64,000 nucleotides of DNA from Octopus bimaculoides (lineage: Eukaryota), in NCBI RefSeq assembly GCF_001194135.2, contig NC_068981.1, forward strand, positions 187,172,170 through 187,236,169, in the 5' to 3' direction. Numbering within the stretch: position 1 is the first letter of the stretch; each line of letters begins with the position of its first letter. The notes under the pieces are model-generated. The model was not told the origin of the DNA and did not search any database. It worked only from the letters and a program-made list of their open reading frames with translations. Positions 25,038-38,704 of this stretch are shown in pieces. A program made the translations under genes and the position numbers.

Positions 25038-28000
25038 AATTTTCCAAAGACATTAGAACGTGATGTGGCTGCTATGTCTAGTATATTGGACAACCGCATA
25101 AAAGCTCTATCGTTAGCTTAATAATCAAACCAACAAAATGTGTGTAAGATTGGTGACCTGAACAACCACCACCACCACCACCACATATATTAATCGGCTG
25201 ACTTAACAAATAAACCATGACAGGTTTTACATCTAACAAAAAAATAACATACAGGACACATCAACAGTAAAGCAGAAATGTAAAAAAAAATAAATAAATA
25301 AAGCAAATAAGTAAATCAAAACTGAAGTATAGTAAAATAAAAAATCTTTTTGGTTATGTTTCAATGAAAATATTTAGAATTAGGATTGACTTAGCTGGCA
25401 TCTATTGTGACAACTCCCAATAAGGTTGACTATGCCAAATAGTTTACTGAACTTAAACTTATTTAAAAAAAAGGTTTTATAGCATAGGACCAACAACCTG
25501 CTTTTGAATGTTTGTTTGTTTGACCCTTTAGCATTCAGATTACTCTGTCAAATGTAATCCTTATTTATTCACATCATTTGGAATTAATCATGCGTTATCT
25601 TGTAGCTTCAAGATTTCAGTGATGTAATTGTTTAATTTTAGAATGACTTTGTAAGGTAGGTATGAGAGATTCAGTGGCAACTCTGGCATTTGGGCTGCTC
25701 GGGCTTAGCCCAAGTATAAATTTAGGAAAGTGAACGTGTATTTACAAGCTGATTTAATCTCTGCCAACACTGACTTCAAGTATGTAATTGCAGCCAATAA
25801 CTCGGGCTCCTTTTATTGAACCTGGTCGCAGTTCATTTATTTTTGTTCAGTGTCTGGTGGTCATCTTAGAGATGCCCTGTGTCAGAAAACATCATTCGTA
25901 GCAGACGTTCTCTTGACTTCATTCACACATGCCTGACTCAGTCTCAGAAGTCACAGCTTGAGTTGTTATCTATAATCGTAAAAATTATAAGTAATTCAAA
26001 TTCAATGTTTTCTTGAAACAATAAATTTCTATAGAGATTAGGATTTAAATTCCAATCTATGAAAAGTTTCCGTTCTACAATATTCTTAAAGGAATGAAAA
26101 ATTATCCAGCAACTTGGGCTAATACAAACAAGCCTGGTAAGTGTAAAAGATTAACTGGCATCTCTTGTCAAGAGTACAGGCGACAGTCAGATTGCTGATG
26201 TTTGTTGTGCATTCCGCTGTCGTTATTTGATTGCTGTTATTCTGTGCATCTATGTGTAAAGATCAGTTGTGTTTTGAAGGGTTGCTTTATTTTTGCCCTT
26301 AACGTAGAAATGGAGAAAGACATAGTGCTAAATATAAAAGATAAGCCATTTGGAGCTAGAAATATTGCAGAAAAACATGAAATTCTTTGAGCAGGCATGT
26401 GTCTTATGTAAAATTTGTTACATTGATGGCCTGGGGTAGCCTTTGGAGAGATTGGATCTGGCCAGTTTGAATCTAAAATAGGTAGAATATTTGGGCCAGA
26501 TATGGCCAGTTTAAATAAGAATGGACTACCCCTTCTCCTTGGGGTTCAAAGTCATGCAAGCTGTATGAAGACCTCAGCCATAGAAACCATGCCAAAGTAG
26601 ACACTGGGGCACAATGTAGTACTTGGGACTATTGGATCTTGAGAAACTGTTAAACCTATACCAGCAGGGAACATGGATGTTAAATGGCAATAATGACCTA
26701 GATGACACAACTAAGTGAAGCCATAGCTGTGAGGGTTAAAGATTTAACTGGTATTCATGGTGATAGCTTTCTTATAAGAAGACTGACTGTACTAAACAGG
26801 TTTTCTGAACTTGAACTTGTTTAAAAAAGAAAATTTTATTACAAAGTGTCAATAACCTGCTCTTGCATAATGCTTGTTTGTTTAGAGAAGGATAGACCAA
26901 GTGAAGTCATGGGTGTGAAGGTAAAGAACGAATTAAGAGCAGGCATAGCTATCTGGGTACAAAGTTCACTTAATAACTGCATGGCTCTGGGTACAACTGC
27001 AGTACCTTGGGTGAGTGTTTATAATTTTTTTACAATAGTCTTAGGTTGACAAATACATCAAAGTAGAATCTGGTAAATGGAAACTGTGTAGAAGCCTACA
27101 GTATGTATGTATGTATGTAATTATCCAGTTTATTTCAAGATTTCTTGCCAATAAAGAAAGGACTGGTTTTTAACCTAGATCCAAGACTCCTCCATTGGGA
27201 TTTCAACATCAACAACAGGGTATTTTTGTATGAATGAATGAATGCATGTATGTATGTATGTACGTACGTACGTATGTATGTATGTACGTATGTGCATGCA
27301 GATTTGTATGTTTTATGTATGTATTCTCATGCATACACTTGCATATCTAGACATGCTCATATCTATTTAAACGGTATGTATCATCATCATCATCATAATC
27401 AATTTAAGATCTACTTTTCCATGCTTGCACAAGTCATACAAAGTTTGTTGATATAGTTTCTACAGTTGGATGCTCTTCCTGGGTCGAACCTCACCTGTTT
27501 CCAAATAAGGTGATATTTTCCATTACTCAGGATATATTTTTAAAAAGATTACAAGCAAAAGACACTATTTCTATGCCAGTGATGTTTGTTTATTATTAGT
27601 CAAAGAGACACACACGTATATATAATCATCATTTAATGTTTGTATTCCATGCTGGTATGGATTGGACAGTTTGACAGAATTCAGCAGGTCCAAGAACAGC
27701 ATGGTGCTCTAGTGTCTGTTTTAACATGATTTCTACAGCTGTATGCCCTTCCTAACACCAACCACTCCAAGAGTGTAGTGGGCGCTTTTTATATGCCATA
27801 ATATCCTAGATGAATGTTGGATATAGAATTTAACAGACTCGTGAGACTCTAAAGCGCACTCTCAACAACTTCTACTGACCTGTCGTCTCAACCAATATGC
27901 TACTCTTTATAAGAGTTTGGCTAGTCCATTCTTCCAGTCCCCAGGGGTGTCAATGACTCTCACCACAACACATACATTACACACACACACTTATATGACA

Positions 28001-30060
28001 GGCTTCTTCTCAATTTCCATCTTCCAAATTCATTTTCAAAGCTTTAATTGGTCCAGGGTTATACCTGAAGACAACAGAAGCAGAAACTAAACGGTTGCAA
28101 AACAAACTCCTAAATCACACAGCCATACTTGTACCAAAGCATGTATATTATTTACTAATGTATTTGTGAAAAGGACGGACTGCATGGCAACTTTTAGTTT
28201 GCTCAATTGAAAGGAGTGTCCTCTAGGGCAAAATTCCTCATCTTTAAAATGTGGTCTGAGTAGACCCAAATGAAATCAGGTTATAATACTAGTATTATAT
28301 ATTTTGCCACATGTTTGCCAAGGATATAAACCACAACAAGAAACCAGTGTACTTCAAACAAAATCAACCAAGTTATGAACACTTCCTTGCCACTCCCAGT
28401 CACGACGCAGCGAACCAATGATTAATCCATTAGAATTACACACCCACACATACGACAGGTTAACTTTTTGTCCAGCAGATAAAAGAAAATTATGGGCTGG
28501 GCTATGTCATTAGTAATTAAGCAAAAATAACAGGTCATGTTTGTAGACCATACAATAAATATGTGTTTCTATTATTTTATTATTTTAAAAAGATTAAATA
28601 TTACATAACTTCCATTTTTCCATGCTTGCATGGGTCAGATGGAGTTTGCTGATGCCAATTTTCTATTATTGGATGCCCTATCCTTCACCTGTTTCCAAGC
28701 AAGGTAATATTTTCCCATGGCCAGATGTGTTTATTATGAAAGATTGGAAACAAAAGACATTGCTTGTGTGACAATGCTGCTTATTTTACAAGCATCATAT
28801 GATGGTTATGACTGCAAAAATCTACCCATTTGATCCATGTAAGTAAGTAAAAGAAGACATTGAAATGATAATGGATGACATTTTTCTTCCTCAAAGGACC
28901 ATTTTACTCAACATGCTGCTTTCATTATACAAATTAAACAATTCCTTTTAGTAAAAGCAAATTCAATGAAATTCAATTATAACCTTTAACCCTTTTGTTA
29001 CCATATTTCTGTTGAGATACTGTGTTTCTTTCAATTAATTAAAAATATAACAAAGAATTTAGTAGAATAACTTCGTTTTCATTAAGTTACAGTTAGGAAC
29101 ATAAATTTTGGCTAAGATTTTAATTCAGGACTTTTGAAAACAAGACATTTGTACAACAGAGTCAGAGGTGATTTCTGGCGGGGCTAGCAACAAAGGTGTT
29201 TTTCTCTCAGAGTGAAGGGCAGAATGTATGATGTGTGTTAGAAGTGCAATGGTGCATGGTTGTGCGACATGGGTCTTGAATGCAGAGAAGAGTGGAAAGA
29301 AATGAGGCTAGCATATTCTGTTGGATGCAGTGCTGGCTTATAGAGATAAAATTAGTGGGGGTGCTATTTCAGAAAATTTTTAGTCATTGTTTTAATATTG
29401 TGTTAAAGGAAGCAAACATATAGAGAAAATTTATACATAAAACTTAATCGGTTCACATTTTAGCCACTGCCAGGTAGTGAATTTGTTCACTTGTTTTTCA
29501 AAAATACCCCCTAAATAACAAAATAAGGGAGGAAAATGTGCCCTATTTTTCAAATCCTGGCAGCAACACTGTAGCTGAAAGCAGGATAATAATCTAATTC
29601 TACACTTTATCACATTCAAGAATATAAACACATTTTTAAGCACAACACACATGGAGTCAAAAAGAAACACTACCGTTCACCAGCACACTGGGGTTGGCAC
29701 TGTGTGAATGACAGTGCTCTCTCTCCCTAGCGTGAAGCTTCCTATCTTGGACATGTGAGCATGCACACAACCGCCAAACACTGCGTCGCTGGAACTGTGA
29801 AGTGCACAGTTCTATACAAGGATTTTTGCATTTTTTTCAATAAACTAGGGGATGGCTACTGACATTAAGCTTAAGGATTATAATGTACAAGTATAAAGAA
29901 AGAATTAAAGAAAAAAAGGACTCTTTATATTGCATTTTATCGATAATATCGAGTGGAAATAAGGGGTGCTGCAGTTCCGCAGTGCCTATATACGAGCTGC
30001 CACTGGTTGGATGTGCAACATAAGTGTACATGAACAACGAAATACAAATATGGTGAGAAA

Positions 30061-30320
30061 AAAACTGGACATAAAAAGAACCAAATGTAGTGTGCATGAT
30101 AGATGACTGCACTGGTATGGAGCTGTGATGTGTATGAATGAAGAGAGCTGCATAAAGAAGTGCCAATCACTTAATATGGATGGCGCTTGCAGAAGAGGGA
30201 GACTGAGGAAAACATGGAATGAAGTGATTAAGATTGATCTCAAGACTCTGAACCTCATGGAGGTGATGACAAAGGATCAAAACGACTGATGAGAAGCAGT
30301 ATTTGAGAAGACTGGCACAT
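30061..30320 (+). mobile_element. Decayed RTE LINE RT C-terminal fragment
   Basis: Degenerate LHWYGAVMCMNEESCIKKCQSLNMDGACRRGRLRKTWNEVIKIDLKTL. Confidence 0.7.
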
Positions 30321-30879
30321 CTCGTTAAAAGAGGAACTTTAAAAGACAATGATAATAATCAACCGAAAGGCTATATAGTAGAAGACACTTGCTTAAGGTG
30401 TTATGCTGTGATATAGAACCTGAAACTAGGTGGTTGTGAAGTGAACTTCTTTCCCAGCTGACATTGGCTGGATGGGTCACCACTGTTTGAGTCAGAACAT
30501 ATTTAAGGGTGCTGATCAGTGGTTCTCAACTGGGGTCCATATGGCCCTTGCAAGTCTGTATAAAATTTTGATAAAATTTATCTGCAATAAATTGGTTATA
30601 CTTCTACAATACAATACAAAATATGTTAATTTTTTTTTATACAATTCTTTATAATATTCAAGTATAAAAATATAAAAGGATTTTTTTAAACATCAAATGG
30701 CTATGAGGGTCCATCCATGTAAAACAGAAATCAAAAGGGTCTACAGGCAAAAAAAAAAAAACTTAGTCTTTTCAAAGTTTACCTTGAGACCTCTTGATTC
30801 TAGATTTAGCTTCCACGCCTGGAATTTTGTTACTAATTCTGCTATAGATTCAACTATGAGAACTATATGACCAGTATAC

Positions 30880-30956
30880 CGGAGTAATTGTGGACAGCCA
30901 GTCTTAAACTTTTCTATGATATATAGGAGAGAACCAAGCCTTGACGAACACCTTGT
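30880..30956 (+). mobile_element. Possible Penelope-like GIY-YIG endonuclease relic
   Basis: Frameshifted VYRSNCG...YIGE...(D)EH pattern. Confidence 0.3.
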
Positions 30957-32339
30957 AAACTCTATTTAGTTGAAGAAAGTTATGCTGAAGCCCATCATAT
31001 AAGTACATGTGTGTATGTGTATCTATGTTTATGAGAACCACTGATCAAGATAGGTGGAAGATTGCATCTCAATGACGAGTTCTGTTTTTGATGTTTTGTG
31101 TAGAAATGTGTTTTCGTAAGTTTTTATTAAAACTGCTTGAGAAAACGTGGAGACATTGTTTACATTTTCCAGTGAACAAAAGTTTGGTAATTTCAGTGGC
31201 TTCATTGGTTTTGATATGTAAAGACAAGTGGAATGAAACAAGCTTATTCTGATAACAAGGTCTAATGACAGGAAAAAAACCATTCATTCTTGCTTCGCTA
31301 AGCCTTGTCTAATACACTGCAAGCATATAAATCATCGTCATTTAACTGTGTTCCATGCTGGCATGGGCGGGGTGGTTTGACAGACAGAATATAACTAATC
31401 TGAGGGTTGCGATAGTCTCTAATGTTTCCTTGGGTAAAATATCTATGGCTGGCTGCTGTCCCTAATACCAGCCACTTGACAGTGTACTGGGTGATTTTTT
31501 TCATGGCACCAGCACTTGGTCACGAAGTAACTCACAAGACAAGACCTCTAGACGATCGTGGTGCAAAACAGAGTACCAAGATTAACAGAGACTAAAACAG
31601 GATATGGCTACCCGAGCAGGAAAGGAAGAAAGGCTGGTAGAGATGAGGTGTCACTGTGTACACACGTCATACAAGGTAACTAGAGAGAGAATAGGGGCTG
31701 AGAATCAAATTGAGGATGGCTGGGTGGGTAGATAGACCCACAAGAATAAAGAGGGATACGTATTGTATTCGATTAATCTGTCAAATAGTTTGCCCCCAAG
31801 TAATTAGCTATAAAGTTAAATATTTAGCACACACATATACATGTATGGCTACACTTTTCAAGAAATAAACCAATTACCAAGTAATAGTCGACCAAAAGAT
31901 TTTCAGATTTGACCTGGGACTAAACAACTACAACTAGTCCCTGATATCCACGTAGATGAAAAAAAAAATAATAAAACCAATAAAGCAGATGGTGACGTAT
32001 AGATTTTTGTAGGACACTGACTGACAAATTAACAGAATTAACTTTGGGGGCAGATGTTTAAGTTAATTTTTGTCGATCCCAGGATAAAAGACGAAGTAGA
32101 GCTCAGTATGATTTGAACACAGAACATAAAAATAAAGAGATAAGTATAGATTTTTTTTTTTGTTTAAATCGACAGCAAAATCTGGAAATAAAAGGCCAAA
32201 TAGTAACATACTGGCTTTTAGCTCAACTAAAATATTATTTCAGTGTTGTATTTGCTTGGCAAATTACTCGTGAATTGAAAGTGAAACAATCACATCATCG
32301 TAAAATTATATGAGCCAATTATAAAATTAGAATAGATGG

Positions 32340-33400
32340 AGATGCAAAACTGAAATGTTGAAAACTTTTGTCGCACTTCTGCAATTTGTCACTGAAAAGT
32401 GATGCAATGGCATTGTGTCAATGATCTGCCCGAAAAGTGCAGCAAAACTTTTTCACAATGTATATTATAGGATACTATTATGAAATACAAACAAGAGCGA
32501 ATCTTCGAATGATTAACATGACGCACCTAAGAAATAATTAAGGCAAAGGAAAACTCAAATTCAACAAAGCTTAAAAGAAATTTATCCATTAATTATGAAT
32601 CGAACCCCGAACGAGTACATAGAAAATACAAAGGAAGAGAGTGAGAAATAATATCTCTTAGATCTAAACTGGAAAGAGTTATTGTTGTAATATAATAATG
32701 ATTGCTAATGAGGCGTGGGTCCTGTTGATATGGTTGTTAAGAGGGCCGGGCTACAAAGCCGGCAATTAGTAAAATAAATACGCATACAACTACATTTAGA
32801 TTTAATATATTTCACCATTTAAATAGATAATTTTGTAAGAGGATCAATAAATAAATATATATTATAGATGAGTAAATATAAAGCAATACCTTTGATATTG
32901 TGAGCACCAGTTAGTTCTGTGTATAAAGAGTGGAGGAAATGGTTTTGCAGCAGTCTGCCACGAGTAACATCACAACGAGGCTGAATAAACTTTCCTATCA
33001 ACATGGACCGACGTTTATCACTTGGCAACTAAATTACGCGTTTATTTCTTGTGGGGATTTCTTTTTTTTAATGTTTTGTTTATTTTATACTACAGTTTCT
33101 AAACTGTGCTGTTTGTTATGGATTTCAGCGAACCAATATCTGGTTTACAGCATATCTAACAGTAAGAATAGCAAGGGAACTATCAGTACCTTGATGGGAG
33201 GGACTTTATTCTCGTAAAGGACTTCGCTCGTTGAGCACCGGATCTTTTTTACTGATATTTACATCGGCGAAAACAGAAGCATTTACAAATACACGTACAT
33301 TCATACATATATATGCGCAGCAGAGGTACCCGACAATATCCACTTATTACAGCGAAGTAACATAATACAGTAAAGACTAAATTTGAGTGTTTCGTTACTA
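32340..33400. promoter_or_regulatory. CpG-retaining non-repeat region, candidate GMPPB promoter/first exon
   Basis: Visibly many more CG dinucleotides than in surrounding unique DNA; lies upstream of the GMPPB UTR acceptor and downstream of the ACTR8 end. Confidence 0.4.
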
Positions 33401-34753
33401 TTTTCACCATATCATGTTACCCACTTGGAGATCTTTGTCAAATCATACATACATCTATACATATAACAGCAAAGTGTATTTAGGAAGAAATTTTGCTGTT
33501 TCTGCGAGGTCTTGTTGCCATTTAGAAATCATTCTTAATACATAAAGCAGTAGGCTAATGATTTGAGAACGATATGGCTGCTATCAAATCTAACTACCTC
33601 GTTGGGACCCCCACATAGGTTATACGTATGGCATGCTTTCGATAAAACGGTAGGATATGATTTTTAGGGAGATTTGGCAGTTATTTCTACCAGGCCTAGC
33701 TAGCCATTAAAGTGTTTCATTGACAAAAAGATTTTCAATACGGTGGGTAATAGTTAATACAGCTATGCTAAGAAATAACGTAACACAAGATTACTTGAGA
33801 ACAAACCTTTCAGACATAGAACAATATAAACAGTGGAACTAAAGTTACAATAAGGTCTGATACAAAAATTAAGGGCGACAAAGTTGTCTGTATCTCTAAC
33901 TCTAAATGTAAGCTAAATCAGATATTGGTTTAGTCAACAAGTACCGTATCAAATGGCATATTATAAAACGCATTTTTTTTTACCAAAAGAAAATGTCAAA
34001 TGGCTAGTCCCCTTCCCCAAAAATTTTCAAGGCCTTGTGCCTAGAGTAGAAATAATTATATTGGTCCCAGTACTTGGTTGATATTTTGTTTTATCAAGTC
34101 CATAAGGACAAAAGGCAAAGTTGACTATGGCTGCATTTGAACTCATTTTGTAAAAAAGCTGGGAAGATACTACTAAACATTTTCGACCAATTTGCATATA
34201 ATCCCACTACTTTCTGATCAAATTCCCCATCCTTAGCCACTCTTATATCTCTCACACTATTCCCTCTCCATACTGGTATTTCCCTTGTTCATCACTCACT
34301 ATTTTCACCTCTGCTCCCATCTTTCATCATCTGTTACTCTCCACTTACACTCTTAAGAAAGTATCCACTCTCTTATCCCATCCCATCACTCATTGTCTCT
34401 ATCCTCTCTCTTGTACCTTGAGAGTCTGCTGTAGCATTCCATCATTAGCTTCCTTTATCTCTTTTGCACATCTGTGCTTGTCCCTCTGTCATTGTTTCGC
34501 CTTTCAACACCAGGCAGAAAGCCACCCACCTCCACCTTCCCCTCTCATATACTCCCCTCTTAGTAGTGGGAGCTTTTTCTTTTTTCTGTCTTGCATGTTT
34601 ATGCAATGTAATAAAAACACACCAGCACTGTAGAGTGGCTGGCGTTTGGAAGGGCATTCAGCTTCAGAAGCCATGCCAAAGAAGACAATGGACCTTGCTA
34701 GATCCAGTCAAATCATCATTCGTGATCAGAGTTGTTCAAAAACCAAAGTACTA

Positions 34754-34795
<42 letters not shown>

Positions 34796-36570
34796 TCTTT
34801 TATTCTTTCTTTTACTTGTTTCAGTCATTTGAATGTGGCGAAGCTGTTGCACCGCCTTTAGTTGACCAAATCGACCCCAGGACTTATTCTTTGTAAACCT
34901 AGTACTTATTCTATTGATCTCCTTTGCTGAACCACTAGCTAAGGGGACATAAACACACCAACATCAGTTGTCAAGTGATGGTGGTGGTGGGGGGACAAAT
35001 ACAGACGCACAAATACATACATACATACACACACACATACATACATACACACACACATACATTGTTATATACATATATATACCAGGCATGGTCACAGGAA
35101 TTTTTCAAAGGGAGGGCACAAGGTCAGAAGGGAATACAATTCCAGGAGAAAAGGGCTTAATAACATTATTTAGAAGGGCACAGTTCTTTTCTTGAGCGGG
35201 GCACATGCCCAAGAAGATGTGGTATGAGGTCATGAAATATATTGTCTTTAGTTGTTGAGTCTCATGGAGGAGACTGACAAGGGATGGAGACCTCTGGCAG
35301 TTTACTGTGCTTGAGAAGACACATCAACCTAAGTGAAATTATGACCATGCCCAGTGCCGGTAACACATAAAAGGCATCCAGTATATTCTCTAGTGTGGTT
35401 GGCATTATGAAGAGCACCCAGCCATAGTTGGCACTCCATCGCTTACGACATCGAGGGTTCCAGTTGATCCGATCAACGGAACAGCCTGCTCGTGAAATTG
35501 ACGTGCAAGTGGCTGAGCACTCCACAGACACGTGTACCCTTAACGTAGTTCTCGAGGATATTCAGCGTGACAAGGCTGACCCTTTGAATTACAGGCACAA
35601 CAGAAACAAGGAGTAAGAGTGAGAGAAAGTTGTGGTGAAAGAATACAGCAGGGTTCACCACCATCCTCTGCCGGAACCTCGTGGAGCTTTAGGTGTTTTC
35701 GCTCAATAAACACTCACAACGCCCGGTCTGGGAATCGAAACCGTGAGTCCATTGCCCTAACTACTGGGCCATTGCGCCTCCACCCAATCATAGAAACTAT
35801 GTTAAAACAGATTTGAGCCTGGTGCAGCTCTCCAGCTTACAAGTTCCAGTCAAACTGTCTAACCCATGCCAGCATGGAAAATGGATGCTAAATGATGATG
35901 ATATGAACCTGAACAATTATTTTATAATTGTTAAATATTTTCTTAGTGAGAATTTGTCATTTCCTCAAAATTGCAAAGATGGAAATAATTTGACTCTCTC
36001 CGAAGAGCTTTGGCTTAAAAATCAATGGTCGACATAACCATGTGTATGTGCGTGTGAGAGGAAGGGGCAGAAGTGATATGGGAACAAGAAAATGTGTACG
36101 TGACAGAGAAATATGATGAGATCAAGAAAATGACATAGCAAATAAAGGGAGGGAGAAGTTTTTCTTACTACCACTCCACATTCCTCCTACTCTCTCGACT
36201 CCTACCACTTTCAACTGTCATTACACAGGCAAAAAGCCAAGTTCAAACTTATATAAGTAGTAAGATAAACAGTGGAGAATTGGTTAGATAGAATGCTTAT
36301 TTGTTTTGGCTACTCAAATCCCACTAAGGTCAGCTTTGCCTTTCATCCTTCTGAGATCAATAAAGTGTTAATCCAGGTAGAGGATTGGTAGAATTGTTGG
36401 AGCATTAGAGGAGACTGTTTTGTGATAGCTCACATTGTGCTTGGGAGTACCTCAGTTAATGCTCAGTTAGGCAGTGGGAACAGATAAGCCTACAACCAGC
36501 ATAAATAGGCTGGTAACAGTATACTGAGATTTCATATACCAGTAAATCAAAAGTGACTGTGTATATGTGT

Positions 36571-37030
36571 GTATAAACAGTTTGGCTGCTTGTTTCTCTG
36601 GAGACTGTCAGAATGATGTGGACACCTCTGATGAAAACCCAATAAGGTTTGAAAATCGATTAAGGTTGTTCTTCATTTTCTCAGTCTGCAGAGAAGTAGC
36701 TAAAATTTGCCGTTTATAATTATACCACACGTTACATATTTATTATATCATACCTTGATACTATAGGGACTAGGATCCCTGTTGACAGGCCACTGGTATT
36801 TACAGAGTGTTAAACACTTTCAGTATGCAAATTAGGGACCCCTTCATAGAGTAACTGCTGCATTTGTTCAGTATATAAACAGTTTGACTGCTTGTTTCTC
36901 TGGCGATTGTCAGAATGATGTGGAAGCCTCTGATGAAAACCCAATAAGGCTTGAAAATGATTAAGGTTGTTCATTTTTTTTTCAGTCTGCAGAGAAATAG
37001 CTAAAATTTGCCCTGTTTATAATAATACCA
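36571..37030 (+). mobile_element. Penelope-like direct repeats (~165 bp, period ~300 bp), each with a hammerhead motif
   Basis: Copies at ~36571-36735 and ~36872-37035; hammerhead motifs at 36624-36666 and 36926-36967. Confidence 0.7.
36624..36666 (+). ncRNA. Minimal type I hammerhead ribozyme
   Basis: Stem I acct/aggt, CTGATGA 36628-36634, stem II aaacc/ggttt, GAAA 36651-36654, palindromic stem III AATCGATT, predicted cleavage after TTA at 36662. Confidence 0.7.
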
Positions 37031-37438
37031 TGTTACGCACACACACACACATATATATATATGTATATATACCTAGACTTACTGTTAACAAAAGTTAGGG
37101 TGCATGGAGTTCAGCTATTCCCTAAATGAAAAAGTGCATTAAATACTACAAAACATACACATAGGATAGACACCAGAACCCTAACACTTCATCAGTTATC
37201 GACCGAAAAATATTAATACCTAGTTTCATGCCTTTAATGATACGATTAGGGACTTCATATATCGGTGGTACCCACTAAATTTGCAGAATATTAGAGCTTG
37301 AGCAAACAAAATCATACAGGGTTGACTTACAAAAGTAAACAACAGTAATTTGAAACAATAGACGAAGACCATAAATAAATAAATAAATATAGCTTTGGGG
37401 CCAAACACGAGAATGATGGATAAATGCCTGGGAGAAAT

Positions 37439-37477
<39 letters not shown>

Positions 37478-37947
37478 TCATCATCATCATCTAGAGTAGA
37501 AAATAATATTAGACTATTTTCTATAGTCAATATATGCTGAAGGCTCATAATTCAAGTTTCACTAAACAAACTTATTCAACCAGAGGTGAAAATTTTCCTT
37601 TTAATGTTTTAGTATCATTGTTTTCTACTGCGGGATGCTTTTCCTGTTGCCAATCCCTCACCTGTTTGTAAGCAAGGTATTTTGCCCCTTGGCCAGATAT
37701 GTTCCACAGGAAATGAAGAACTCAGTTTGTATGATGGTAGTGCTCATCATCATCATACTCAGTTACAATTAATGCACAATGTCACCAAAAGGAGACAAAA
37801 ATGCACACACACAACAGGCTTCTTTCAGTTTCCCTCTACCAAATCCACTCATAAGGCTTTGTTTGACCCAAGACTACTGTAGAAGACACTTTCCCAATGT
37901 GCCATGCATTGGGATTGAATCTGAATCCTTCAGACTGTGGATTAAAA

Positions 37948-38153
37948 GGTGGCGAGTTGGCAGAAAAGTTAGCACGCCGGGAGAAATGCTTAGAGGTATT
38001 TCGTCTGCTGCTACATTCGGAGTTCAAATTCCGCCAAGGCCAACTTTGCCTTTCATCTTTTCGGGGTCAATAAATTAAGTACCAGTTACGTACTGGGGTC
38101 AATGTAATCGACTTAATCCCTTTGTCTGTCCTTGTGGGAAATAAAGAAATAAG
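37948..38153 (+). mobile_element. tRNA-derived SINE family B (central domain resembles the MetaSINE Meta domain)
   Basis: ggcgagctggcagaa head, gagttcaaattcc B box, ctttgcctttcatc...ggggtcgataaattaagtaccag core. Confidence 0.75.
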
Positions 38154-38383
38154 ACTGTGGAACAAACTTCTTAACTACACAGCCATGTTTGTTTAGATAA
38201 GAAAAATGTGAAGCTTCATTTTAAATAAAATATTAAAACATACAAAAAGACTATTTGAAAAACAGGGTTGGTTTTTTTAAAATTTTTATTTTGACATGAG
38301 AAAATTTTACAAATAGTTATAAAAAAATAAAAAATTTATAACAATATGGTTTAAAGTGAGATTACTTTCCAATAGAACTAAAT

Positions 38384-38527
38384 TTACCATATAAATGGTG
38401 CCCGTTCTCTTAGTATGCGTACACTCCATTGTTGCCATTCTTTTTGTCGGATCCAAAGTTCCTGTGTTGTATCTAAACAGGAGAGTACAGAAGCACCTTT
38501 CCAGGGTATTAAATTTGGTTCCATATC
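38384..38527 (-). CDS. ACTR8: ACTR8 last coding exon (DMEPNLIPWKGASVLSCLDTTQELWI...RERAPFIW*)
   Basis: 144 nt, AG acceptor 38529-38528, TAA 38386-38384; matches the Arp8 C-terminus; AATAAA ~95 nt downstream (38289-38284). Confidence 0.97.
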   Translation of the reverse strand, partial: DMEPNLIPWKGASVLSCLDTTQELWIRQKEWQQWSVRILRERAPFIW

Positions 38528-38704
38528 CTGACAATGGATAAAATTCTTCATATCAGCCATTATATTTACACAAGTATAACATGAACAAATTCAAGAAAAA
38601 ATCTCAAAATAATAATAATAATAATGGCTTCAAATTTCGATACAAGGGTAGCAGGTTTTTTTGGGGTGGGGGTGGGGGNNNNNNNNNNNNNNNNNNNNNN
38701 NNNN

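Noticed and set aside
25720-25815. RNase MRP-like motifs (aggaaagt...cgggctc)
   Set aside because: The P4 strands do not pair, GAAAGUCCCC is absent and the region is too short.
25876-25930. Possible C/D or H/ACA snoRNA
   Set aside because: Box C is non-canonical, the unit is only ~50 nt, no rRNA guide was recognised, and the H/ACA hairpins lack a proper pocket geometry.
26297-26316. U12-type branch point CCTTAAC
   Set aside because: No upstream plus-strand GTATCCTT/ATATCCTT donor was seen in a compatible position.
28394-28407. 14-nt match to the M13/lacZ primer site (tcccagtcacgacg)
   Set aside because: The flanks do not continue as vector sequence, so this is treated as a chance match rather than contamination.
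29720-29830. U3 box B-like (agcgtgaag) and U4atac/Sm-site-like motifs
   Set aside because: No U3 boxes A, C or D at the right spacing, and no U4atac CCAUCCUU 5' motif.
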